From a virus (Duplodnaviria > Caudoviricetes), in IMG/VR virus record IMGVR_UViG_3300021256_000076, positions 1 to 64,000 of that record: DNA of 64,000 nt; one strand, 5' to 3'. The position numbers were made by a program, and so were the translations under genes. The notes beneath the pieces are model-generated. The model was not told where the DNA came from and made no database searches. It saw nothing but the letters and a program-made list of their open reading frames with translations. Below, piece after piece: positions 35,957 to 45,520 of this stretch. Position 1 is the first letter of the stretch, and the number at the start of each line of letters is the position of its first letter.

Positions 35957-36708
35957 TGAGTAGAAGCAGGAATTTAGAAAGTGTTATACAGAATATCTAT
36001 GGCCAGTATATCTATAGACATTGCTATTATCATTATCCTGTTGATGAAAGGAATACAACAGTAAAGTATCTGGAAATCCCAATCAACAAGGAAGTCTTTG
36101 AGGTTCCCATGTTTGCTCTGCATGTTCTTCAGGGAATCATCAGTGATGGAACAACTGGTAGAACAGATGCCATTGTGGTTTCCCTTGCAGACCATGGAAG
36201 TAAGCCTAACTACAAGACTCTGGAAAGGAATATGGTAGATGTACTGGAATGTGAATTTGAGTCATCAAAGCTCATAAGGGTAGATGCTTCCAATGGTTCA
36301 GAGAATATAAAATACTATGGAACCCATGGTGCCATATTTGATGATGGCTACAATCCTGTGGCAATGTATACCTGTCAGATAAAAAGAACAGAGACAGACA
36401 GTGAAAGCCATACATATTCCTATGAGATACTGAAGCCAATCCTAAGGATAAGACCTGATTCCTATAAGACAAGAGGGGATTCCATGGAGAAGTTCATCAC
36501 CAACAAGCTCATACTTGCAAGCATCTCTGACAGTATAGCTCCTCGCTATTATGACAATACCATCAATGTCCTCCGTGAATATAATATCGAAGTGGTCATT
36601 GGTGATATTCCCTTCAAACCCATCATAGCAGACAGCCCCAGCATCTCAACTACTAATAAGGAATTGCTTGAACTTGTAGTAGACCATATTGAGGAGGTGA
36701 TACAATGA
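35953..36708 (+). CDS. Hypothetical protein translationally coupled to E1 and UDG
   Basis: Overlapping start and stop codons on both sides. Confidence 0.7.
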   Translation: MMSRSRNLESVIQNIYGQYIYRHCYYHYPVDERNTTVKYLEIPINKEVFEVPMFALHVLQGIISDGTTGRTDAIVVSLADHGSKPNYKTLERNMVDVLECEFESSKLIRVDASNGSENIKYYGTHGAIFDDGYNPVAMYTCQIKRTETDSESHTYSYEILKPILRIRPDSYKTRGDSMEKFITNKLILASISDSIAPRYYDNTINVLREYNIEVVIGDIPFKPIIADSPSISTTNKELLELVVDHIEEVIQ

Positions 36709-37379
36709 CTGTAGGGGAATATTTTGGAGACTGGTCTAAGGTGATAGACCTGAAAGAGGCTGACAGAATCCTGAAAAAGCTGTCTTCCTCTGATGTTCCA
36801 GTGTGTCCCCCATTGAAGGATGTCTTCAAGGCATTCAGACTCTGTCCTCTTGATAGCCTCAGGGTGTGTGTCATAGGAATGGATCCATACCCTCAGAAAG
36901 GAGTGGCTACAGGCATTGCCTTTGGAAATTCCAAGGACACTCCGATAGAATCCTACTCACCTTCCTTAGGAATAATTAGGGAGTCTGTAATAGACTTCAC
37001 CAGACAACATGGAATAACTATCTTTGATCCAAGTTTGGAGAAGTGGGAAGAGCAGGGGGTGTTGTTGTTAAACTCAGCACTCACCTGCCAGTTAGGAAGA
37101 GTTGGCTCCCATACATTGCTGTGGTGGCCTTTCATGAAATCCTTACTCACTAATCTGTCTTGCTACCATACAGGGATAGTCTATGTCCTCATGGGCAATC
37201 AAGCTCAGAACCTTGAGCCATTCATAAATGCCAGATTCAATCATATAATAAGGATAAGACATCCCTCTTGGTATGCAAGAAACAAAACCAGAATGCCTTC
37301 TGACATCTGGAATGAGGTGAATGAAATCCTCATAGGTCAGAATGGCTATGGTATAGAATGGTACAAAGAAGTTATTTAA
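36705..37379 (+). CDS. ung: Uracil-DNA glycosylase (family 1)
   Basis: GMDPY, SPSL, QGVLLLN, HPS. Confidence 0.92.
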   Translation: MTVGEYFGDWSKVIDLKEADRILKKLSSSDVPVCPPLKDVFKAFRLCPLDSLRVCVIGMDPYPQKGVATGIAFGNSKDTPIESYSPSLGIIRESVIDFTRQHGITIFDPSLEKWEEQGVLLLNSALTCQLGRVGSHTLLWWPFMKSLLTNLSCYHTGIVYVLMGNQAQNLEPFINARFNHIIRIRHPSWYARNKTRMPSDIWNEVNEILIGQNGYGIEWYKEVI

Positions 37380-37398
37380 TTATTAAACAAGGATAGAA

Positions 37399-37782
37399 AT
37401 GAAGAAGTATTTTATTGCAGGGAGTGATGAGGAACTGGAGTTTGGCGATGTAATTGCACTGGACCTGACTAAGGAGACAAAGCATGGGACACATTGTGTG
37501 GAGAGTGAGGTTACATTCTCTCCTGACATACTGCCCCTATTACTTGAGATTGGAGCTGTTGAGGAGAAGGATGAGAAGAACCTCATTGACTTCAGTGAGG
37601 ATGAGCCTTCTGATGAGCTTGATGAGCTCTATGAGAGGATTGAGGACATTGAGGCCAGCATGGAAGCTCAAGGTGAGATGATTGATGAGATGATGGAAGG
37701 TCTCAAATCTCTTGTGGACATTCTCAGCAAGGCTGTTGAGGAGGAGACAGAGAAGAAGCCTAAGTACAACAAGAAGAAATGA
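37399..37782 (+). CDS. Acidic coiled-coil hypothetical protein
   Basis: ORF in operon. Confidence 0.65.
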   Translation: MKKYFIAGSDEELEFGDVIALDLTKETKHGTHCVESEVTFSPDILPLLLEIGAVEEKDEKNLIDFSEDEPSDELDELYERIEDIEASMEAQGEMIDEMMEGLKSLVDILSKAVEEETEKKPKYNKKK

Positions 37783-38351
37783 GCGAGAGGATTCAGGGAG
37801 TAAGGGAGACTGACTACAATGGAAGACATTACAGGAGTACCTTGGAGGCTGAGACTGCAAAGGTCTTGGATTCCCTGGGAATTCCCTTTGAGTATGAGTC
37901 AAGGAAGATAGTCCTACAGGAAGGATTCAGATGCCCATATCAGAAGGACAAGGTAAGGGACCTTACATACACGGCTGATTTCATCATAGGTCCTATCATG
38001 CTTGAATGCAAGGGATTTGAGACTCCTGAATGGAAAATCAAGAAGAAACTGCTGTTCAAGTGGCTGATGGAGAATGAGCCATCAATCATATTCCATCAGA
38101 CCCATGACAGCAAAAAGGATTTATTGAAGGCACTTGACCCCCATCTAACATACCTTGGGTACTATGTGGAGGTTTCTTCCAGACCAACAAGAAAGAAGCC
38201 TTCAGAGGTATTCAAGTTTGATTCCATTGAAGAGGCTCTATCTGAACTCAACCTCAAAGGCAAGAATATTGGCCCAATCCTCAGGTCTCTCATAGGGAAA
38301 ACCCAATGGGTTTATGGTTATAATTGGAAATTAATAAAAATTGAATTGTAG
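37779..38351 (+). CDS. T7 endonuclease I-like PD-(D/E)xK nuclease/resolvase with NUMOD1-like tail
   Basis: YRSTLE..FEYE..YTADF..ECKG; FDSIEEA..YGYNW. Confidence 0.78.
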   Translation: MSERIQGVRETDYNGRHYRSTLEAETAKVLDSLGIPFEYESRKIVLQEGFRCPYQKDKVRDLTYTADFIIGPIMLECKGFETPEWKIKKKLLFKWLMENEPSIIFHQTHDSKKDLLKALDPHLTYLGYYVEVSSRPTRKKPSEVFKFDSIEEALSELNLKGKNIGPILRSLIGKTQWVYGYNWKLIKIEL

Positions 38352-38354
38352 ATT

Positions 38355-38657
38355 ATGGAAATGTTTCAACATGTTACTGTTAATGAAAAACAGGAGGAAA
38401 AGAGTTATGTAAAGACAGAAAACTATACAAGAAAATGTGAACAGACATTTGAGTTACTGCACGACCTGTTTGATTTCTTCAAAAAGGAATACAATGATTT
38501 GGCTCCTCGCAAGGATAATTATCCTAAGTTTGCCACAAAGATGAATTCTATAGCAACTATAGGCAACGCTCTTAATAATGATGCGTGCAGACAGGCTATT
38601 GAAGATGGGTATAGGCTGTATGTCAAGGAGAATAAAAGATTCAACAAAGATAACTAA
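38355..38657 (+). CDS. Hypothetical protein
   Basis: ORF in operon. Confidence 0.6.
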   Translation: MEMFQHVTVNEKQEEKSYVKTENYTRKCEQTFELLHDLFDFFKKEYNDLAPRKDNYPKFATKMNSIATIGNALNNDACRQAIEDGYRLYVKENKRFNKDN

Positions 38658-39700
38658 TGGAGATACAAAAGGAATTAAGCAGTATTGCCCTTGATATCAC
38701 AGAGCCTGAGTACAGGCAGAGACCTGAACTATCCTACTCTACCCTATCAACCTATGAGAAAACAGGATTTGATGGGCTTGACCACTTGTTTGACAAAAAG
38801 GAAAGCCCTTCATTATTGTTAGGCTCGGTGGTAGATGCAATACTTACAGGTGGAGAGGATGAATTCAACAGTCTCTATACTGTACTGGACATGAATATCA
38901 CAGACAGTGGTATGGACATCTGCAAGCAGCTTGTCAATATGTGTCTTCCGTTTGACACCTTTGAGGAGATACCTGAATCAATTGTCTCTGATGCAGCAAA
39001 GTCTGTAGGTTTCTGGCAGAATGACAAGTATGACAACAGCCGCTATAAGCAGGTAATAAAGACTGGTAATATTGCCGAGTGCTACAATGCCATGAGGAGC
39101 AGTGACAAGACCATCATTTCTTCAGAGACATTCCAGACAGCAGTTGCAATGGTAAGGGCTTTAAGGGAATCTCCTGCCACATCTGGCTATTTTGCAGAGA
39201 ATAATGAATTATCTCCTATAAGAAGATACTATCAGCTCAAGTTTGCAGCCAAATTTGAAGGTGTGGGCTACAGATGTATGGCAGATTTGCTAGTTTCCGA
39301 TTATGAGAACAAGGTAATCTATCCAGTGGACCTTAAGACTAGCTCACACACAGAGTGGAATTTTGAAGAAAGCTTCTGTCAGTGGAACTACATGATCCAG
39401 GCAAGGCTCTATTGGAGAATTATTAGGGCCAATCTTCTGAAGGATGACTATTTCAAGGACTTCAGGTTTGAAGACTACAGGTTTATTGTAGTCAACAAGA
39501 ACACCCTTACCCCTCTTGTATGGGAGTTCCCTCTCACAAAGACTGTCGGAACACTCATAGATGAGAAGGGCAATGAGTACAGGGATCCATTTGAAATAGG
39601 AAAGGAGCTTCAAGGCTACCTTAATCTCAGGCCTCAGGTACCTAATGGTATCAATATAGCAGGTGATAATATAATCAAATGTCTTAAAGTAAAAGAATGA
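38657..39700 (+). CDS. PD-(D/E)xK exonuclease (RecE/DUF3799-like)
   Basis: LSYS, GSVVD, RCMADL, VDLKT, YMIQARLY. Confidence 0.82.
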   Translation: MEIQKELSSIALDITEPEYRQRPELSYSTLSTYEKTGFDGLDHLFDKKESPSLLLGSVVDAILTGGEDEFNSLYTVLDMNITDSGMDICKQLVNMCLPFDTFEEIPESIVSDAAKSVGFWQNDKYDNSRYKQVIKTGNIAECYNAMRSSDKTIISSETFQTAVAMVRALRESPATSGYFAENNELSPIRRYYQLKFAAKFEGVGYRCMADLLVSDYENKVIYPVDLKTSSHTEWNFEESFCQWNYMIQARLYWRIIRANLLKDDYFKDFRFEDYRFIVVNKNTLTPLVWEFPLTKTVGTLIDEKGNEYRDPFEIGKELQGYLNLRPQVPNGINIAGDNIIKCLKVKE

Positions 39701-40143
39701 GTCTACAATACATCAAGGACGGTAAGCAGGTTTCCCTGATGAAGTATATACCCAAGGAACTCAATAAGGGTGAATGGATGCTCCAGATAAGGAAGTCCTT
39801 CAAGGAGCGTTCAGAAGCCCTTTTTGGGAAGGGTGTGCTGGTACAGGTGAAGCACTATATGGATTGTAAGAATGACAGGTTCACCATCATGTTCCCTCTC
39901 AAACAGCCTCCTTGCGCAAAGGAAGTAGTCAATTCTCTGATAGATGTAGTCATAAAGGAAGCAATAGTGAAGTATGAGACAAAAGTGCTCTCTGACCTAA
40001 ACAATTGTCTCAATGACAACTATAGCATCTACATGGATGAATTGGCTGAAAAGGAAGAAATAGCCAAGGAGTTTTTCAAGAAAATAAAGGAAAGAATAAA
40101 TGAAAAGAACAGTAAAGGTAGTAAAACACGACAAGCATGCTGA
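39697..40143 (+). CDS. Hypothetical protein
   Basis: ORF in operon. Confidence 0.6.
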   Translation: MSLQYIKDGKQVSLMKYIPKELNKGEWMLQIRKSFKERSEALFGKGVLVQVKHYMDCKNDRFTIMFPLKQPPCAKEVVNSLIDVVIKEAIVKYETKVLSDLNNCLNDNYSIYMDELAEKEEIAKEFFKKIKERINEKNSKGSKTRQAC

Positions 40144-40582
40144 TATAGTCATCAATGATAATGGAGACATGTTTGACCTTATAGCCTGTGAAGACTGTAA
40201 GGTAACACCAGGAAGACCCTTCCTCATATCATTAGGGCTATCCATGGAACTTCCGAAAGGTCTGTATGCAAGATTATATGACAGGAGCAGTACTCCTAAG
40301 AAGTTCAAGGTCAGCCTTGGGCATTCAGTGGGTATCATAGACAACTCATACAATTCAGACAAGGACATCTGGAGATATTCTGCAGTGACCTTGAAGACAG
40401 GGCATGGTTCCTTCAGTACTATAAAAGCAGGTGACAGGATCTGCCAGTTTGAGATTTGCCTGAGCCAGAGGGCTACAGTATGGCAGAAGCTCAAGTGGCT
40501 CTTCACAAGTGGCTACAAGTTCAAGTATGTAGACCATCTTGACAATGAGGAGCGCGGTGGATTTGGGTCTTCAAACAAATAA
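40100..40582 (+). CDS. dut: Trimeric dUTPase
   Basis: FDL, RSS, GIIDNSY, GDRICQ, RGGFGSS. Confidence 0.92.
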   Translation: MKRTVKVVKHDKHADIVINDNGDMFDLIACEDCKVTPGRPFLISLGLSMELPKGLYARLYDRSSTPKKFKVSLGHSVGIIDNSYNSDKDIWRYSAVTLKTGHGSFSTIKAGDRICQFEICLSQRATVWQKLKWLFTSGYKFKYVDHLDNEERGGFGSSNK

Positions 40583-40596
40583 TAATTAAAAACATT

Positions 40597-41025
40597 ATGA
40601 ATAAAATTAATAATATTTCTCTTTTTGCAGTATCATTCAGTCAAGGTTTTACAAGTCCAAACATCCCCATTGCTACATTCCAGCAAGGAGAAAAGGAGAT
40701 AGTATTCCTGCTTGATACTGGCTCTGACAATAATGTAATCAATCAGAAGGCACTTCAATATATAGACCATCAGAAGACTGAAGGAGATGTCACTACTCTT
40801 TCTGGTGTAAATGGAACTACTCAAGTAGAGCATTGTATCATCAAGTTCAGCTGTAATGATGAAAACTATGAAGCTAATTTTCTTGTAGCAGACCTTGAAG
40901 AGGCATTGGGAGCAATCAGGAGAAGCCATTGTATTACTATTCACGGCATCTTAGGTTCAAAGTTCCTGAGGAAGTATAATGTAGTGCTGGATTTCAAGAA
41001 TCTTTCAGCTTATAGTAAGGAATGA
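40597..41025 (+). CDS. Retropepsin-like aspartic protease
   Basis: FLLDTGS and GILGxxFL. Confidence 0.85.
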   Translation: MNKINNISLFAVSFSQGFTSPNIPIATFQQGEKEIVFLLDTGSDNNVINQKALQYIDHQKTEGDVTTLSGVNGTTQVEHCIIKFSCNDENYEANFLVADLEEALGAIRRSHCITIHGILGSKFLRKYNVVLDFKNLSAYSKE

Positions 41026-43076
41026 TAAAGTTTGTAACCAACCAGCAGGAGCTTTTTGAGAATCCTCTATATGAAACTATATCTATAGAAGACAGTCTCA
41101 AGCTTATTGACAGTTTTGGGAAATGTATTCAATTTGATACTGAAACTGATGGAAAGGATGCTCATATAAACAACATTCTTCTTGCTCAGTTTGGTTCAAT
41201 GGATGGCAAGACACAAGTTGTAATAGATTGTACTTCTGTGAATGTTCTTAAGTATGCAGATATCTTGGAAAGCAAACTGCTGGTTGGCCAGAACCTTAAG
41301 TTTGACCTTCAGTTCCTCTATACACAAGGCATACACCCTACTAGTGTCTATGACTTGATGATAGTCGAGCAGTTCATCCATCTTGGATTTCCTCCAGGTT
41401 CTATAAGCTATTCTTTGGCTGCTATGTCTGAAAGATATCTTGGCATACATATGGACAAGACCATCAGAGGACAGATAAGATTCAGAGGCATAGATACTGA
41501 GGTTATCCAGTATGCTGCCAATGATGTTGTCTATATGGCTGATATCATGTGGAAGCAGATTGCTACTCTGAAGAAAAGAGGAGCTATGACAGGAGCCAAG
41601 ATTGAATGTGACTTCACTCCTGTTATAGCCTATCTTGAATGGTGTGGTATCAAATTGGATGTCACCAAGTGGCAAGCCAAAATGAAGCAAGATGAAGAAA
41701 ACCTCAAAGAGGCTACAAATAGACTCAATGATTACTGCATCAAGAATCCAAAGCTTTCCAAGTGGACATTCATTGATACACAGGGAGACTTGTTCTCAGG
41801 GTATAACCTTGAACCTCAATTCAACATTGACTGGCAAAAGAAAGAAGCAATCAAGGTCTTTCAGGCTCTTGGCTTCAATACCAAGGCTATTAGCAAAGCT
41901 ACAGGGAATGAAGCTGATTCTGTGACAGAAAAGCTTCTTGCTCCTCAGAAGGGAATAGACGATGAATTCCTTAATCTCTATTTTGACTATCAAGGATATT
42001 ATAAGGTCACTACATCTTTTGGTCAGGGACATCTTAATGCCATCAATCCCATCACAGGAAGAATCCATACTGTATATAGGGCTATTGGAACTATATCAGG
42101 TAGAATGTCTTCTGGTTCTGACCAACCCAATGAAGATCTGGCAAAGCTGAAGAAGATTCCTGCAAAGGACTGTAAGTATCCTAATATGCAGCAGCTGCCC
42201 CATGATGAGGTTACAAGAGCTTGTTTTGTAGCAGAGAAGGGCAACCTGTTCTGTTCATGCGACTATGCTGCAATGGAAGCAAGGATTGGGGCTGATGTGT
42301 ATGACGAGCATAAGCTTCTTGATGAATTTCTGCATGGCTCAGGAGATACTCATGCAGCCTATGCCAAGGCTGTGTTTGTAGATGAACTGAAAGATGTGGA
42401 AACCAAGGATGTCAAGAAGCTAAGACCTGACCTCAGAAGCAAGGTCAAAAGCATTGAGTTTGCCGTACAGTTTGGTTCTGATGGCACAGCAGTAGCTCCA
42501 CAGCTGAAGATTTCTGTAGAAGAGGCAAGACAACTTGTAGTAAATTTGCTCAATGGAATGACAGGATTGAAGGCTTTCAAGGAGAAATGGTCTAAATTTG
42601 TACTTGAGCATGGCTATATGGAGATTCTTCCTCAGACAGGTCATAGAGGTTATTGGCATGACTGGGAACATTGGAAGGAAGTACAGGCTTCCTATACCAA
42701 AGAGTTCTGGGATAACTATAAGATGTATCACAAAGGAACTGGAGATGATGTATGTAAAGAAGTTAAACAGCATTTCCAAGCTAAATCCAAGTGGTGTGAT
42801 AGGATGTCGCTCAATCTGCCCACTCAAGGCGGTGGAGCCGTTGTGCTGAAAAAAGCTGCTACAGCCCTTTATAAATGGGTATTGGACAATGGTTATTGGG
42901 GAAAAATACTATTTGTGAATTTCACTCATGATGAGATTAATTCAGAGTTTCCAGAAGAATTGAAAGACATCTATCCTAATGTAGTTGCCAATATCATGCA
43001 GGAAGCAGCAGCTGAATATTATCATAAACTGCCTATTCCCGCAGAACCTGCTGTAGGATCATTTTGGATTCATTAA
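41022..43076 (+). CDS. polA: Family A DNA polymerase with 3'-5' exonuclease
   Basis: DTET, NLKFD, YAAND; SGRMSS; PNMQQ; DYAAMEAR; RSKVKSIEF; THDE. Confidence 0.93.
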   Translation: MIKFVTNQQELFENPLYETISIEDSLKLIDSFGKCIQFDTETDGKDAHINNILLAQFGSMDGKTQVVIDCTSVNVLKYADILESKLLVGQNLKFDLQFLYTQGIHPTSVYDLMIVEQFIHLGFPPGSISYSLAAMSERYLGIHMDKTIRGQIRFRGIDTEVIQYAANDVVYMADIMWKQIATLKKRGAMTGAKIECDFTPVIAYLEWCGIKLDVTKWQAKMKQDEENLKEATNRLNDYCIKNPKLSKWTFIDTQGDLFSGYNLEPQFNIDWQKKEAIKVFQALGFNTKAISKATGNEADSVTEKLLAPQKGIDDEFLNLYFDYQGYYKVTTSFGQGHLNAINPITGRIHTVYRAIGTISGRMSSGSDQPNEDLAKLKKIPAKDCKYPNMQQLPHDEVTRACFVAEKGNLFCSCDYAAMEARIGADVYDEHKLLDEFLHGSGDTHAAYAKAVFVDELKDVETKDVKKLRPDLRSKVKSIEFAVQFGSDGTAVAPQLKISVEEARQLVVNLLNGMTGLKAFKEKWSKFVLEHGYMEILPQTGHRGYWHDWEHWKEVQASYTKEFWDNYKMYHKGTGDDVCKEVKQHFQAKSKWCDRMSLNLPTQGGGAVVLKKAATALYKWVLDNGYWGKILFVNFTHDEINSEFPEELKDIYPNVVANIMQEAAAEYYHKLPIPAEPAVGSFWIH

Positions 43077-43086
43077 TTTCAAAGGT

Positions 43087-43281
43087 ATGAAGACAACAAG
43101 AAGAGTAACCCTTACCAAAGAAGAGGTGAATTCCCTTAAAGAGTTCTGTGATGACAACCTTGAAAGAGGTTAGGTCATCATAGACCAACTTGAACTGTCT
43201 GGCATAGGTCTTACTACCAAGGTAATGGTAAAAGACCTACCAGAAACTTTAACTGATATAACAGATGTAAGTTCATGGTAA
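43087..43281 (+). pseudogene. 64-codon gene interrupted by in-frame TAG at 43171-43173
   Basis: MKTTRRVTLT..ERG*VIIDQLELSGIG..DITDVSSW fills the gap between polA and the next gene exactly. Confidence 0.6.
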
Positions 43282-43282
43282 T

Positions 43283-43540
43283 ATGGAATTGATTAGAACA
43301 ATAAAAGAGAAGAGTCAGACTAAGCGTCAGGAAGAAATTGAAAGGATGGCAGAGGAGACTATTACATTGAAGGACTTTGACAACAGCCTCTTCATTGCCT
43401 ATAATGGCACTCCCCTCGCCCCTATTGAACCCTCATGGACTACCAAGGAAATAGTCCAGCAGCTCTCTATATTCAGAAGTAACTTTGTCAACTCAAGATT
43501 GAAGGAGGCAGGTCTTCCAAGGATTGCAGCAGTATTATAA
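43283..43540 (+). CDS. Hypothetical protein
   Basis: ORF in operon. Confidence 0.6.
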   Translation: MELIRTIKEKSQTKRQEEIERMAEETITLKDFDNSLFIAYNGTPLAPIEPSWTTKEIVQQLSIFRSNFVNSRLKEAGLPRIAAVL

Positions 43541-43565
43541 ATAAGGAATATAATAAAGTAGGATT

Positions 43566-44006
43566 ATGCTAATAGAAGTAAAAGTAAAGGTTGCCAGAGT
43601 TATTGACTCTAAGACAAGAAGAAGGACAGAGACATATCTAAAGCCTGACTGTGAGTTATTTGTAGAAGCAGAACAGGCTGTTATGGAAAGGCTTACTCAG
43701 GAACAGGAAGAAGGTTTGGTGGAAAGCTTTGAGCTTCAGTCATTGAAGATATCTCATATCAAGGAAGTATGCACTCAATTCAATGGAGAGTTTGCTTATC
43801 TTGCAACCCTGACAGATATCTACCATGCAGATGATGGCACAGAGAAGACTATGAAGTATAAGGTAATGCTCTGGGCTAATGGCCACTCAGATGCTGTGCG
43901 TAATATTCAGACTCTGATAAGGCAAGGATATGATATGCATATTGAAGGCATCAAGGAAGTGGATTATGAATATCTAACTGAGGAGGAATCTAATGGACAG
44001 GGATAA
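43566..44006 (+). CDS. DUF4494-like Bacteroidetes protein
   Basis: IEVKVK..TETYL..FVEAE; DDGTEK pattern. Confidence 0.65.
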   Translation: MLIEVKVKVARVIDSKTRRRTETYLKPDCELFVEAEQAVMERLTQEQEEGLVESFELQSLKISHIKEVCTQFNGEFAYLATLTDIYHADDGTEKTMKYKVMLWANGHSDAVRNIQTLIRQGYDMHIEGIKEVDYEYLTEEESNGQG

Positions 44007-44322
44007 ATCAGCAGTTGAGACCTATCAGGAGATGCTTCAGAAGGAAAAGCCTTTAAAGGAAGAAGGCATCTTGGATGAAGATGGTATGTTCAAGGATGAT
44101 GACAAGGTTAATCCTACTCATTATGAATCCTATGACCCAGAGATTAAGATTTCCTGTATAGATGCTATGAGAGCTGCCTTTGGAAGAGAGGATGTCAAGA
44201 CCTTTTGTTTGATAAACAGCTTCAAGTACATCTACAGGTCATCATCAAAAGGAAAGAACACTGATATATCCAAAGCTATATGGTATTTGAATAAGTTCTT
44301 AGAATTGGGAGGTTATGATTGA
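43993..44322 (+). CDS. DUF3310 (SaV-like) protein
   Basis: VNPTHY..CIDAM..FCLINSFKYIYR..KG..DISKAIWYL. Confidence 0.82.
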   Translation: MDRDKSAVETYQEMLQKEKPLKEEGILDEDGMFKDDDKVNPTHYESYDPEIKISCIDAMRAAFGREDVKTFCLINSFKYIYRSSSKGKNTDISKAIWYLNKFLELGGYD

Positions 44323-45091
44323 TTCTGATGATACTAGAGTGCTCACTTTGGAAGACTTTGCCAGATTTGAACAGAGAAGGCCTGTCAAAAGCAAGGAAGA
44401 AATGAAGCATCCTGTGGTTGAGTATGACATGGATGGAGTCCCTCTGAGAGAATACCCTGGCTGCAGGGAAGCTGGGGAGAGCAATGGGCTCAGTACTAGT
44501 GATGTTAGTAATATCTGCAGAGGCCGCTGGAAATACAGCACCAAATTAATGAAGATATTTCTCTATAGAGGTGATGACATTGAGAAAAGAATGGCTCTTA
44601 TAGAGAACATCTTTAAAACAAAGAAAACTCTACCTAAATCTGTAGTGGAATACACCCTTGGCGGAAGACTCCTATATGTCTACGACAATATGACGCAAGC
44701 TGCAAGTGTAAACAATATCACCCCATTACTTGTATCCTCTTGCTGCAAAGGGAAAAGACTATATATAGGCAAGAAGATTTTTCTTTTTAAAGGTGATGAT
44801 ATTAAGCAAAGAGTTAGAGAGGTCAAAAGTGAACTTTATAGATTGAGTCAGAAGAGACCAAAATATCTCCCTGTAGATGTCTTTACTTTAGAAGGGAAAT
44901 TCATTAAAGGATTTCCTTCTGCCTCAGCTGCTTCAAGAGAACTTGGTGTGCCAGTGTCTAATATAACCAGATGTTGTTACGGGATTGACGGAAAAGGGTA
45001 TCCCAAACTGACAGCTAACAGTAAGATATTCCTTTGGTTTGGAGAGAGTATTTCAGAAAGATTAAAACTAATTAAAGAGAAGAAAAAATGA
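44315..45091 (+). CDS. Triple NUMOD1-repeat DNA-binding protein lacking a nuclease domain
   Basis: Three VVEYxxxG..Y/F.S...A..ISxCCxG repeats; no HNH or GIY-YIG motif. Confidence 0.75.
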   Translation: MIDSDDTRVLTLEDFARFEQRRPVKSKEEMKHPVVEYDMDGVPLREYPGCREAGESNGLSTSDVSNICRGRWKYSTKLMKIFLYRGDDIEKRMALIENIFKTKKTLPKSVVEYTLGGRLLYVYDNMTQAASVNNITPLLVSSCCKGKRLYIGKKIFLFKGDDIKQRVREVKSELYRLSQKRPKYLPVDVFTLEGKFIKGFPSASAASRELGVPVSNITRCCYGIDGKGYPKLTANSKIFLWFGESISERLKLIKEKKK

Positions 45092-45519
45092 GTTTATCAA
45101 ATTATGGATATGGGCTGTCTGACAATAGTCCAGACACTCCTTGGAATGAGCCAGAAGTTCCAGAAAGGGACTTTGAGGTAACATGTAGCCAATCTCTCAG
45201 TAGGACAGCTACAGTAACTACAAACAACTATATTCCATGTGCTGAGGATGTGTGGGATGATGGTGTAGGTTACCATGATGAGTGGGCAGATACTTCTGAG
45301 ACTAATTGGGCTGATGAGTATAGTGAGTGTGGATATATGACACCTCTTGAACTGATAGGGCTTCTGAAAGAGTATCTTGAGAAAGAACTCAGGGACATTC
45401 AGAGAGACATGCTTCCGAATGACAGGAGCTATAAGGCTACTAAATCAAGGATGCTCAAGGGACTTATAGAAGAATGTGAGTGCTGGACTGAAGATGAAAC
45501 AGAAATATGTGAAGGCTGA
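45088..45519 (+). CDS. Acidic hypothetical protein
   Basis: DTPWNE motif. Confidence 0.65.
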   Translation: MSLSNYGYGLSDNSPDTPWNEPEVPERDFEVTCSQSLSRTATVTTNNYIPCAEDVWDDGVGYHDEWADTSETNWADEYSECGYMTPLELIGLLKEYLEKELRDIQRDMLPNDRSYKATKSRMLKGLIEECECWTEDETEICEG

Positions 45520-45520
45520 T

